Position numbers and translations under genes: made by a program | Notes under the pieces: model-generated | What the model was told of the DNA's origin: nothing | Database searches by the model: none | Seen by the model: the letters and a program-made list of their open reading frames with translations, nothing else | Shown here: positions 36,814 through 48,335 of the stretch, one piece after another | Layout: every line of letters starts with the position of its first letter | How positions within the stretch are numbered: position 1 is the stretch's first letter | NCBI RefSeq assembly: GCF_041146345.1 | Contig: NW_027191406.1 | Span: 558,001-622,000, forward strand | Direction of reading: 5' to 3' | DNA: 64,000 nt | Origin: Neodothiora populina | Taxonomy: Eukaryota

Positions 36814-37309
36814 GCCGTGGGCGAGGAGTGCTTGTTGCTGTGTCTTTGCTTGCGGTGCCTCCGCTGCGATCTGGATGATAGAGTTTCACGAGCTCGTAGA
36901 AGCGCTGCTTGCTGTATGGTGCAGTCTTTGGTAGAGCAAAGATCTGGTAGGGAGTCGGCAGCGTGTGGCCTCGCGGTGTTTCGGGCCATTGAAGATGTGA
37001 GTAGTCGTATTCGTCGCCATTGCCGGCGGCCACGCTGGCGTAGTTACATCTTTGCGGTGTTCGTGAATGTCCGCCCTGGCGACTCGATCTTACAAAACGT
37101 AGATCCTGTGACGATGATGCTTGTGCTCGCGTGGCCATACCACGTTTGCATCGATCGTGGTGGTGTGAATAGTCGCTATGCGGTGTTACTGAAGACAATG
37201 ATGACGTACTCGATGCATATAACACAAAAGGCGAATGACTCTGTGACACTGGACTATAACAACAGTTTGTCGAGAGCAGAAGAAGACCACGATGTTGTTT
37301 AACAATCAT
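36011..37309 (-). CDS. JID1: J-domain protein (Jid1-like, probably mitochondrial) with TM segment
   Basis: 'PTPYQIF...FYELVKLYHPDR' HPD motif, 'ERYRLIVAAHGILSDPAKRAAYDRFG', 'NATWEDWERF', then one hydrophobic helix. Start codon uncertain. Confidence 0.8.
36779..36814 (-). repeat. (CAA)12 polyQ insertion inside the J domain
   Basis: (TTG)12 on the + strand, lying between the HPD motif and helix III. Confidence 0.95.
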
Positions 37310-39123
37310 GACCGTAGTGGCTTGTGGCAGGCAAGCAACCTCATTGTCGCTGAGCCCTTTCTTCTGCTGTATTGCCCGATGTGGTTGTGCTTCGGAGACT
37401 CGAGAGACAAGAGTCAGTTCAGCCAGCCGGGGTTTACGGATCGTTTCTCGGTCTTAGGATGGCAATGAGTTGGAGGGACTTCGGAGGGGTCCTCCTTCTT
37501 TTCGATTTCGGCTCTCTTGTCTCCATCTCCCACTCTCACTCGACTCACTGTCCTCGAGCTTCCTGCCTGCCAACTAACTCCACCACTAGCTGGCTAGAGC
37601 TCCGGCAACGGAAACGCCAAAAGATTCAAAGACAAGATACATCATCGCTCAAGAGATCGCCAAGCCATAAGGTAAGGTACCCACAGCGTCAAAAACGTGC
37701 TTCGAAAGGCTGTGACCGGCTCCGATTCATGTCAACTAGTCTGAGACCCAAAATGCAAAAGTCAATCTTCCGGAGATCTCGACTACGAGATCAGCGTGTG
37801 TTCCACAAGGCAAGACCCGAACGACAAGGTGCGACAACACGACGTAGCAGCAGCAGGAGCAGCAGCTACGCACAGATCCAAAATGCCTCAGCATTGGCCT
37901 ATATGGGGTCCGTCCCTGTTCCCCACCTATTATTTCCCTTTGCCCTTTTCCCGATCGAAACGTACCGCCGATTCGCAAGTCGGAAATAGCAGAAATCGAA
38001 TGTTACGAACATCGCACAATTTCGCCTTTCAGTTCAAGATCCTGGGGGAAGAAAGGAAGAACGATCATGGAAGTCCACATCGGAGGGTTTTTTCTACCTT
38101 ATCTGAAATGAGAATCGAGCCGAATTGAATGCGTTCATTGCTCTCGCTCGCTTCCCCGATTCAGACGTCCATCTCGGTTCGTCTGGCGAGATCTGAAGCT
38201 CTTCCAAATATCTGTGTTTGCTTCGCGCTGCTGCTGTTTGTGTGGAAAGCGTGTTGCGTAGGTATGATGTATCCCACGCCATGAAGCGCCCGTATCAGAA
38301 CGAGGATCGACAATATACGAACGGTACCAACGACTTGGAAGGCTTGGAGCTGGAATGGAGAGAGAGACACACACGCGTGAAACATCCGTCGTCGTGTCTG
38401 CAACATGGAAAAGCGTCTACCGGGATGTCAGCAGCAAAAACGTGCTGGAACTTCGCTTGAGGGGGTCTTCGTGAAGAAATGTGGCCGTTGAGATCTCATT
38501 ATTGGTGGCTCTAATGCCCTGCGTTCCTATACTGCTCTTCCCCTCTTTCTTCAACGTTGGTATCAATGCGGAGCTGAGGACCCGAGGTCGTGACATCTGC
38601 GCACTTGCCTTGTTCATGCTTTGTGAGGTCCTTCGTACTAGAACCTGCCCAACATGCAGTGTCTTTAAGTGTAAGTTCACGATTGATCGGAGCCCATCTC
38701 GAATAGATTTAAAAAAAAATTGTATTATAGATCGGATTGTTACGATCATGAAAAAAGTCGCCAAAGGACATAGCGACGTTCAAACTGTGTGCAGTACTCC
38801 GTGTCGTCAGCTGCTACCTTCTAGGCCAGCTCTCATGTTGACAACGATTCCCACTAACTCCGTCATTCGTTGCTTGCGAGTGAAGTTGATTCCTTTTCTG
38901 CCTCCAAGCCCCTGTCAAACAACGCCATCCCTAAGTGTGTACATGTAAAGTGAACCGTTCTCATGGAAAACAGTCCGTCGCGCAACAAGATATTAAAGTA
39001 CATGCTCAACAGATCATCAGCACCGTCAATGTCTGAATCAAAAATCGCCTGATCGTGAGAAGAAAAGTAATAAACTCATTCATCAGTCATTAGAATATCG
39101 TAGCACAGTCGTGCAGTCGCTGT

Positions 39124-40425
39124 CTAAGACGACTCCTCCCAAATATTGGCGTCGATCAAGTTCGCCCAGTCATGCTCGCCAGGCGTGGTGAGTCCGCTGG
39201 CTGACGTCTTGAACATGTCGTTGTAGCTGTTGTCGAAAGGATAGCCCTCGAGTCCGAAGTGCGGAGTGCTGTTGGATTCCGTCGCTGAAGTCGGAGTGCC
39301 ATAGCTCTCGGTGAAGTTCGCATCAAGCACACCGGGTGCCAAAGTCTGGTTCATGCCAGCCATGGGGCTGAACGCCTTGCCCTTGGAAGCGCCGTTCGGG
39401 TTGTAGCTGTAGAAAGACTGCTGAGGCTTGTAGTCCTGCTTACCCAGAAGCATAGCAGTGAAAGGATCGTTGGGGTCAAACGACGGTCCCAACAACTGCT
39501 GAGACTCCATGGGCAGAGTCAGGGTGAAGGGGGGCATGTTAGCACCATTGCACATGTCACCGCCCATTACGGCGAATGGGTTTGGGAACGACGAGGGCTG
39601 ATGCTGCTGCGCCGCCTCGTGTTTCAAGTTGGCTAGACTGCCAGACGACGATGTCCTCGAAATCGTCTCTGGCTTGGTCTGAGGCTGTAGCTTAGGAGCA
39701 GTGGCCCCGTGCGCGGGCATAGACATTCTGCGACTCTCGTGCTTGATGTCAACAGGACTGTGAGAGCCTGTGGACTGTCCGGTGAGCTCCTGGGGTGTGG
39801 CGATAGACGCGGCACGACTGTGAACATTTGGGCGGACGTGCTGCTGTTGGTTAGGCATCGTGTAAGGTGACTGACGGAAGTTCTGTGGAGATCTGTTGGT
39901 CATCTGGGGGGGCAGCATGTTGTTGACTGCATTTTGCTGGGGAAACTGCGCCATTTGATTATTGGCAAATTGAGGGGCATTGATGTACGGGGCCTGGGGA
40001 TAGTTGTCTGACATGGTCGCACCAAACGCAGTTCGCATGGCCACATGGTTGGTCAAATAGGCAGCAAGCCTGCGGTCGAAATCCGCATTGGTGGTCTGGA
40101 GATGAGCAGTAAGACGACGATACTGCATGGGGAAATCGTCGTCTTCTTCCTCGTACATCTCCTCGTTAACGACATCCTGCTCGGTGACTCTGAGCGAACG
40201 TCCAGTGCGGCGCTTGTGGATCTCAGAAGCACGACGAGCGGACTCGACACGAGCCTCAAGGCTGCGGTCACTTCGTCGAGAAGCTGCGATGTAAGCTCTG
40301 CTCGTTGTCAGCTTGAGAAGCTATGGTACAAGCTACGATTTTTGTGCATACCTCTCCTGATTCTCTTCGTGCGTTCTCTCGGTCTTGAGAGGCTTAGCAG
40401 CGGGAATGGTTCGGACGGGAGGCAT
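39124..40425 (-). CDS. Uncharacterised transcription-factor-like protein; exons 40425-40352, 40297-39124
   Basis: Spliced N-terminus MPPVRTIPAAKPLKTERTHEENQER|AYIAASRRSDRSLEARVESARRASEIHKRRTGRSLRVTEQDVVNEEMYEEE. Intron 40351-40298 (GTATGC..GCTGAC..CAG) is in frame with the 344-aa ORF. Confidence 0.85.
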
Positions 40426-42908
40426 GATACGCGTTGACGAAGCTTTATATTGCTAGTGCTGGCGTCGAACGATGGCAGTGGCGAAGATGAGTACTTGAGT
40501 GGGTTAAGCTTAAGTGCTAAGAGGCTTAAAGTGTTGAAATGATATGAGTTGTGCCGTCTATTTGTCTAATAACAAATGTTGACGATGGTTTTCTGGAAGG
40601 AAGAAAATGTTCGAAGGAGCATAATACAAGAGATGGGAAATGCAGCTGGGACGGCAAAGAAGATAAAGGCTGCAGGCTGGTGGATCCGCCATGGGACAAG
40701 GCAATATTGGCAAAGGGTAAAAGCGAACCATAAAGGTGACGAATGTACCTACCGAACTATGCTATGCCTACCGTGGTCTTGCGGAGCGCGCAAGCCATCA
40801 GGAAGATCTCACTAGATCTGCTCGCCCGGAAACAGCCTTGCGCGTTGCGGTAGCTTCCCCTCGTTGCATCTGCACTTGTATTTTGAGTTTCTCAATCGAG
40901 AGCCTTGCTGTGTTGGCTGGATGGGGTGACGCAGGACGAGCCAGTGATTGGACAATCGCGCTCTCGGAGCCACTGCCTCGATAACCTTCAGTCCGGTCCC
41001 GCGCTAGGAAGATTGCTCCCATCGAACGTCGCACAGATCTCGTTTATCTGGCATGCGGTCTGAGCCTACGGGTCTGCTCGATCTCCTGCCTTATCGGGTT
41101 TGGGATCTTGGAGCTACTCAACACCAATCAGAACCCGTCCCCACGTCATGGGCCATTCATTTATCGCACGGCACGCACCACGCACACGCACACGTTTTAT
41201 GCTAATTTATGTCGTCAACGCTTAACCAGCTTCCTGACTGTATAGTGTCGAACTCGACATTGCGAGACAAACAATGTATGATACATGTATCAGATCCGAG
41301 GTTCAAGTTGTTGGGGTCTTCGTAAGCCTGCTCAAATAGCTGTATGAGCCACGCCTCTGCCTGCTTAAAGATGTGCCGGCAAACACTGATACATATATTT
41401 GGTATCATTGGGTGGCTGCTGCTCGCACAACCATATCGCGCGTGCGAGCCAGGGGCCGTTCTGCTCGATCGGGGCGGGGCACCGCTTTATGCTTCACTTT
41501 TCTCTCCGATTCTCTAGTACAGTGGACCTCGGTCACCCGGCCGCTTTGTGGCTGCCCCGCGAGCAAACGAATATATGTTCTGATTGGCTCAACTGAATTG
41601 GAATAGTTCTGCCAATGGGCTCAGCGGGCCGTTCGAAAAGCCTGCCGTATTTTGGCGAACAAGACGTACGCTAATTGTTCTCCAGAAACAAATGGGTTTT
41701 TACGCTGCCTGACACTGCCCCGATAACACAGTCGCACACTGCATGCACGAAAGATTTCTTATCCGCTGTGTTGATTCTATTGAAAAGGAGCCGCTAGAAT
41801 CGCGATTTCATGTGATTGTTGAAGTTACTGAGATAACGAGAGGTACCTCGATCACGCCGAGAGCTGCATGGCCTTCCAGTCGGCTGCAGGCCATGTCCCT
41901 GATGGTCCGCGTCCTCCCGCTGAGCTGGACAGGGGAAGCACTCGGACAAGCGTGTGCCTTTACCAAGGTCGTAAATAAAGGCTCGACAAGGAGTGGATGC
42001 GAACATGGAGATTACCGGATCGCTTGGGACAAGCCGCTGCCAGTCACCGCACCAGGCAAGGTTTGTGGCCACTCATATGTGGTCAGCATTCCCCCGCACC
42101 GATAAGGTGTGGCAAATACTTTGTTCACCAGATTAGCGAGCTGTCGATCTGCACGCCGCTCGCTCTCTCGGGCTCCATGGTTTTAACTCTGGTTATTGAT
42201 TGTGGGACCGAAACACATGCCAGAACCGACTTTCGCAACTACCGCTTCATAAACTTGTAGGCTGATGATGATAAGCAACGTCAGTTTGCCCGTTCCATAC
42301 AAGATTTCTCGAATTCACGACGCTTGGTTTCCTGTACGTGGTACGGTGTCTGGAGCTGGTAGCTGTTGTCGACAGCCCGGCCGAGTGTTTCCAGGAATGC
42401 ATTGTCAGCATCCGGATATACTGTACAGATACCCCAAGACTAGGACATCTAGATTGAGTCGCAGGGGTCTTGATTCTGCTTTCGACTGCCTGGGCACTCA
42501 TGGCCAGAACTGCTGAATAATGAACCCCATTTGACAGAACATGTTTTCTACATAGTGGATGGTGAAACTCTATCTTGCACTACTATAATGTACATTGGGG
42601 ACAGTGTGACTTTCTTTCTCGCTCAACTGCAGTGGTAAGCGCATAGTGATATATTCTGTACACCATCTGGGTAAGTCACCAGTCTCGCTCAAGGAAGTAC
42701 GTGTGTCGATAAACATTGATTATAAGGATACCCGGCACTCGGTTGGTGGTCCAGACTGCTTGTCTACACATAGCACCCACTCAGAAAGATTTGGCGCCCT
42801 CACAATAGGAGCAGCAGAAGGACTCCGTGGCGCAAGCTGATTTGTTGTTTGCCAAACACGTGTACCACGAGGTCTGCATAAGCATGCATTTTGTGGTAAA
42901 AGAACGTT

Positions 42909-42949
42909 CAAGTACAAGAACAAGTACAAGTACAAGTACAGGTACAGGT
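42909..42949. repeat. Imperfect hexamer repeat (CAAGTA)~7
   Basis: caagta caagaa caagta caagta caagta caggta caggt. Confidence 0.85.
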
Positions 42950-43521
42950 CGAGGATTGGCGAGTTTATTCAGGGCGTAATCTTCGAAAGGCATGTACGAA
43001 AGAACGAGGCACGAATATAACGATGAACGTAGAAGCTTAGTTCTGTGGCATAATGACACGGGATTGGTAGACCAGGACAGATCTGCAAGCTCACGCAGCT
43101 AGTATCTCACGGAGTTTTCTCCGTTTGGTGCATGCATTTCAGCTACCCGCGGCTGGTATGGATGACCGGGGTGTGCGCAGGATCTCCACAAGATATTGAA
43201 AGCTTCTCGATCCCTCATCCGATTTTCCGGTGGAAACGCAATAAAGTGCATTGTTATGGTCTCATGGTGATGTTGTCCTGCGGTACGTGCTCTCCAAGAT
43301 CGGAAAGCATTGGCAATAGATGCCAGTGTGTCATCAGCATGAACGGTGTAGGAGGTCTTTTATGACAGTCTCCTTCATTCCACCGGGGGAAGGATGTCGG
43401 TCCAGCCTGGTCCATACGATGTGAGCGGCATAATAGACAACATTTGTGAGACCGACTTATTGCGGTTCAGGTGTCAATGGTTGGCTGGAACATGCCGAAG
43501 TAATGGCACACACGGCACGCC

Positions 43522-44105
43522 TCAAGACGAGTGCAGAGTGATAGACTCCTCAATACTCAGCCGGTCATTTTGGGTGAAACACGTGCGTCCCTGCTTGAGA
43601 GCGTCGACAAGCATTGGGATACTCGTGTTCTTGAAGTCGGCTGCAGAACGAACCTTGTCAAGATCTTCTGCAAATTCCTTTGTGATTTGGCGGAGATAAT
43701 AAGCATCAAAGGCACCTTCTGCTTGTGACCTTTGCACCTGTTGAGCTACCTCATGCTCGGGTTTAGTGTCCTCTGATGGCGGGTTGATTGCCGCACTAGA
43801 TACAGCCTATATGTTGTCAGCATCTCTTCGTCACAAGCTATAGTAGCAACAAGATGGGTGACGGGGGCATTCACCTCTCGCGTCTTTGCTTTAGTGCGTT
43901 TGACTTTAGCTTCCTTCACTGGCTGCTCATCACTGCTTGACGAATCCGAGTCTGAAGACGAAGACGAAGAATCGGAAGAAACTGCAGGCATGTGAGGATT
44001 TTGTGCGACATATGAACCCAGACAACGAATACCTTGAGTTCTAGCCTTACGCTTGCGTTGTCGCTTCGGCTTCTCAGCTTTCGCTGCTCTAGATACGGAT
44101 GGCAT
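43522..44105 (-). CDS. RSA3: Ribosome assembly protein Rsa3; exons 44105-44033, 43981-43875, 43806-43522
   Basis: Basic NLS-like N-terminus, S/D tract, and Rsa3-type 'FDAYYLRQITKEFAEDLDKVRSAADFKNTSIPMLVDALKQG'. Confidence 0.85.
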
Positions 44106-44794
44106 TCTAGGACTGGGGCTTATACAATTTGCGTTGTATGATACTGTAGATAGATGACGCTGCTCCGTATATAATTATCTCGGTTTACCTGCAAAATAAT
44201 CTGTTGCGCACGGGCAGTGAAGCGGCAGGTACTTCGTGGCGCAGCCGCAGACACACCAGCCACTGCAAGGTACTGGACTTTGTGAAACATGCCACTGGTG
44301 TGGGAGTACACTGTACAAAGTAGACTCCGCGTCTGTGCCTGCACGATTGACCAATTAGATGACAGAAGATGTCGCTCTCCCTGCCTGACCTTCACATGAA
44401 CGTCCGCAGCAAGAGCGCACGGACGGCGGGGCAGCTCGAAAGGTGTAGCTGCCTGAGGACGACTCACGACTGTACCTACCTTACCTTGAGCCATTATTCT
44501 TCCTTAAGACATACCATACAATACACCGACCAGATCATTTGTTCAAAGCCTCCAGTGCTCAACCTTTTGATCCATAGCCTCTGTGTCTGCAGCGTTCGCT
44601 TTCTGCAGCACTTTTATCGCCATCTTCTCGTGCTGACCTCATTCCGAGGACCCCTTGTTAGTGAACCGAACGCTCCTCTGATCTGCTTCCATTGCTGATG
44701 TAACAAAGCCTTTGCGTTGCTCATCTGCTTGAGGTCAAAACCGCCTGATACGGCAGCTCATCCGGCCGGGAACTCAGGACACAAAAGATAAAAC

Positions 44795-46580
44795 ATGGCC
44801 AAAGACGGCGAGACGGCGGACACACCGAAAGTGGAAGAGCCACAAGCGCAACCACAGACTTCCGGGTCCTCATTCGCCCCTACCCCTTCCCCCTCAGCAA
44901 GACGCCAACACCCTACGCTATCGAGCCTGAATTCCACACCTGCCAATTCACAACGTAGAGAAAGAGAAAGGGAACGGGATCTGCCCCGTATCACACCTTC
45001 CAGCAGCAGCCCATCCGTATCGCACCGCTCGTCTTTCGCTGAGAACCTGCGCGGTGTTCCGTCATCCCCCCGTCAGCGAAATCCCTCCTTCAGTCAACAA
45101 GCGCTGCAAGACCTCATCAACAACCCTCCGGTCGCCCGCCACAGTCCGGCAGGCGACAAGTATCAGGACAGAGATTGGAGGAGCATCAAGGTCGGCGAGA
45201 TCATCTCACCAGAGCAAGTTCGCTTTGTCGAGTCTGACACGAGCGTTGAAGCTGCCACCAAGCTGCTCATCGAGTCTGGTCCGCCCAACGTCGTCCTTGT
45301 GCGTCACGACAAGTCAACGCGCCAAGCCATTGGATCCTTCGACTACGACGACTTGAACGCATATCTCTTGCTCGTCACCAACCTTGCATATCCTGCCGGT
45401 GCCGAGCCAGCTCAACTCGATTCTGTTCTACAGAAGGCCGGCAGTAATGAGCCTGTGCCGCTCGCTGACGTGCAACATCTCCTTGGCCGGAAGGATCCCC
45501 CAGCTTTTCTGGATCATAATGACACTCTCACTCGGGCTGTTGAAATATTTGGTGGTGGCGTCCATAGAATCATGGTTCGAAAGCAGGGATCCGATGAAGT
45601 CATTGGTGTTTTAAGTCAGCTTAGACTCGTGCGCTTTTTCTGGGAGAACATGGCCGATTTTCGCGCAGTCTTCCAGCTCCACAACAGAACGCTGAAAGAG
45701 CTCGGTTTAGGTAGTCAGAACGTCATTTCTATCAGGTAAGTAGCAGTTTAGCCGTCGTCATCTACGATCGGGGTCTTCTGATCGCTTGCTGACTGTGAAA
45801 ATAGCGGCGATAAACCGCTAAAAGAAGCTCTGCTTCTTATGCACGCTGAAGGTGTAAGCTCTCTCTGCGTTCTGGACAGCCATAGCAACGTCATCGGAAA
45901 CATCTCGCATGTCGACGTCAGGGTCAGTAACAGCGTGTCTAATTTAGTCCTCCCTCGAGGTTATGTTTGCTGACTGAAAGTAGCTCCTCACTGACACTTC
46001 CGCTCTACCACTTCTGGACTCTTCCTGCATCCACTTCATCTCCGTCATCCTCTCCGAGCGGGGCATGCATGAAGGCAAGGACTCATATCCGGTCTTCCAT
46101 GTCACTCCTTATAGCACTCTTGCCCATACTGTCGCGAAGCTTGTGGCCACACGATCTCATCGCATGTGGATTGTCGATGCCCCATCTCCTTCGTCTTCCA
46201 TACCGACTTCTCCAGCCATAACACCCGGTGTCGCCGCTCCGCCATCCGCTTTGCAGCAGCTCTCGAGCCACGCCTCAGGGCCACCGTATACTCCCGCAGC
46301 ACCAAGCATAGGCGTTTCCGCCTCAGCTCTACCTGGCGCATCTCTCAGTGGCCATCTGAATGGCGTCATCAGCCTCACCGACGTTCTGAATCTGTATGCG
46401 CGAGTTAGCGGTCTCAGCCCGCAGGACCCCGAGGAGACGAGGCGTCGCCGACGCAGGAGCAGTAGTAGCTCGGTCCGCAAAAGCATCGATGGCCTTAGAG
46501 GGAGCTTGGATCTGAGCCGCAGCGGAGAAAGCATTCGAAGCAGCATTGATTTGAGCAGGAGTAGCAGTCAACGGAGATGA
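44795..46580 (+). CDS. SDS23: CBS-domain protein Sds23/Moc1; exons 44795-45735, 45805-45922, 45984-46580
   Basis: CBS repeats; '[13 protein letters not shown]', 'GVHRI', '[13 protein letters not shown]', '[10 protein letters not shown]...[16 protein letters not shown]', 'GVISLTD'. Confidence 0.92.
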
Positions 46581-47329
46581 TGTCTGCCCATCTTTTCTCG
46601 CTAAGGTGTTATGGTTGAATGCAAGGTTCTGCAGTGATTTATGATGGCAAATTGATGATCGAGATTGGATGTTGTGCCTAGAAAGCGCAGGCGCAAAAGG
46701 TGTATTCGGGGGGCTAGTATGCTCGACCTACTTTTCCTTGAAGTGGGCTATGGCCAGAAAAATAACTCTCCAGCCTCGTTCAGTGGCCTTTTAGTTTTTC
46801 TTGGTGATAGTCAAGTCGTCCAGCAGATGCCAACGGCACAGAATTGTCTACGTTGAACACAGGGCACTCCCATAGCCCACTTGCACTCTCTCAAGCCTGA
46901 GCTTACTCCTCAAGTACTGTCCATGCAGTGCACGCTGTTGTGTCCGAGGATTTGCGCCACGCTATGAACAGTGTCATCCTTCCTTTTCACGTAAAGTCGC
47001 GCTCATGGACAGGCGATGAAGAAAGTTGCGAGTGCTGGTCCGTCAGACGAAAACAAATTTGATTATCTCTGCGACATATGATTTTTCATGGTGTACTTGT
47101 CGAAGTTTCTCACCACAAGCTTGGGGGAATCGTCAATCGCGCTTCCCCCACCAGTCCGAATTCCAAGGCAGTGAAACATCCCGGGAGATGACCATCATTA
47201 TGTTTGCCGAGTGATGACTGCACAGACAGTAATACTTTTTCGAACATACACCATTTCTCTGGAACCGATCGTCCTGAATATCTTTTCTTTTCCTTACTTC
47301 CATGTCCATGCGGAACGCTCCTAGTCCTT

Positions 47330-48335
47330 TCAACCATTGGCCTCATCAGCGTCCTCCGGATCCGTCTTTCCTTCTGCCTTCTCCTTACGTCGCATGCCGA
47401 CGTCCCAGTTATAGACACGTGCCGTTGCAACCTCGAGTGTCTTGTGCCAGATGTCAGTCTCACTGTACATTTGCCGTGCTCATGACAGCTGGTTTCCGGT
47501 AGACGTACCGTGATCTGCTCCCGCAGGAAGTTCAAGTCCTCCTCGCAGTGTTCCAGGCCTGACTTTGCTGCCTCGAGCTTGTCGCTCAAAAGCGTCTCGG
47601 CCTCTGGGATGGGGTATGCGAGCATTACATTTGCCTAAATGGGACGGAGCCAGCCATGTCAGTGGTGTGCCTCTTGACCTTTTCCACTCTTTCTCTATCT
47701 CTCGCTTTGCTCAAAGGTAGGAGCGAATGACTTACTCCCAACCATAGGTAAACCTCCTCGGTCTTGCCGACTTCTGCTTTGGCATACAAGGTGTCGTTCA
47801 ATTCGAATAGAGTTTCGATGGGTTCAGCGTCCGGCTATGCGTTTAGTTCACTCCAGTCAGAATCTTGTCTCTGCTCTCTCTCTCTCTCTCTCTTCCTTCT
47901 CCTGGCATTGCGAGCACGAACCTTGCGTGATTTTAGGAATTGCACTGTATCTAGTGTCTTTTGGATATCGGGGATCTTGTCTGTGAGACCTGCAGCTCTC
48001 CGTTGTGTGTTGACTTCCATGAATTGGTATTTTCTGGTGATCTTATGAGTATGCGCAAGAATACACCACACAAGATAGCAGAAGCTGGGACATGCAGCCT
48101 CATGCTGTAAAGAAGACCGAAACATACGAGATCATTTCTTGGAAGCTCTTGAGCGTGCTCTCGACATCGGCACGAGAGGTCACATACTCTTCCACTTTGT
48201 CGACGAAAGGCGCAAAGGGGATGCCTCGCGGGTTGGTTGGGGCATCTTTGCTGTAGTGGTGTTAGAGGGACGAACTGTAAGAAATTTCACTTTTCGCAAT
48301 GCCTCCACTACTCACCCCATCTTCGCTGGGGCCAT
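47330..48335 (-). CDS. PAC10: Prefoldin subunit 3 (Pac10/Gim2/VBP1), six exons
   Basis: Spliced product MAPAKMGKDAPTNPRGIPFAPFVDKVEEYV...KYQFME...KIPDIQKTL...FELNDTLYAKA...VYLWLGANVMLAYP...DLNFLREQITTLEVATARVYNWDV. Confidence 0.95.
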
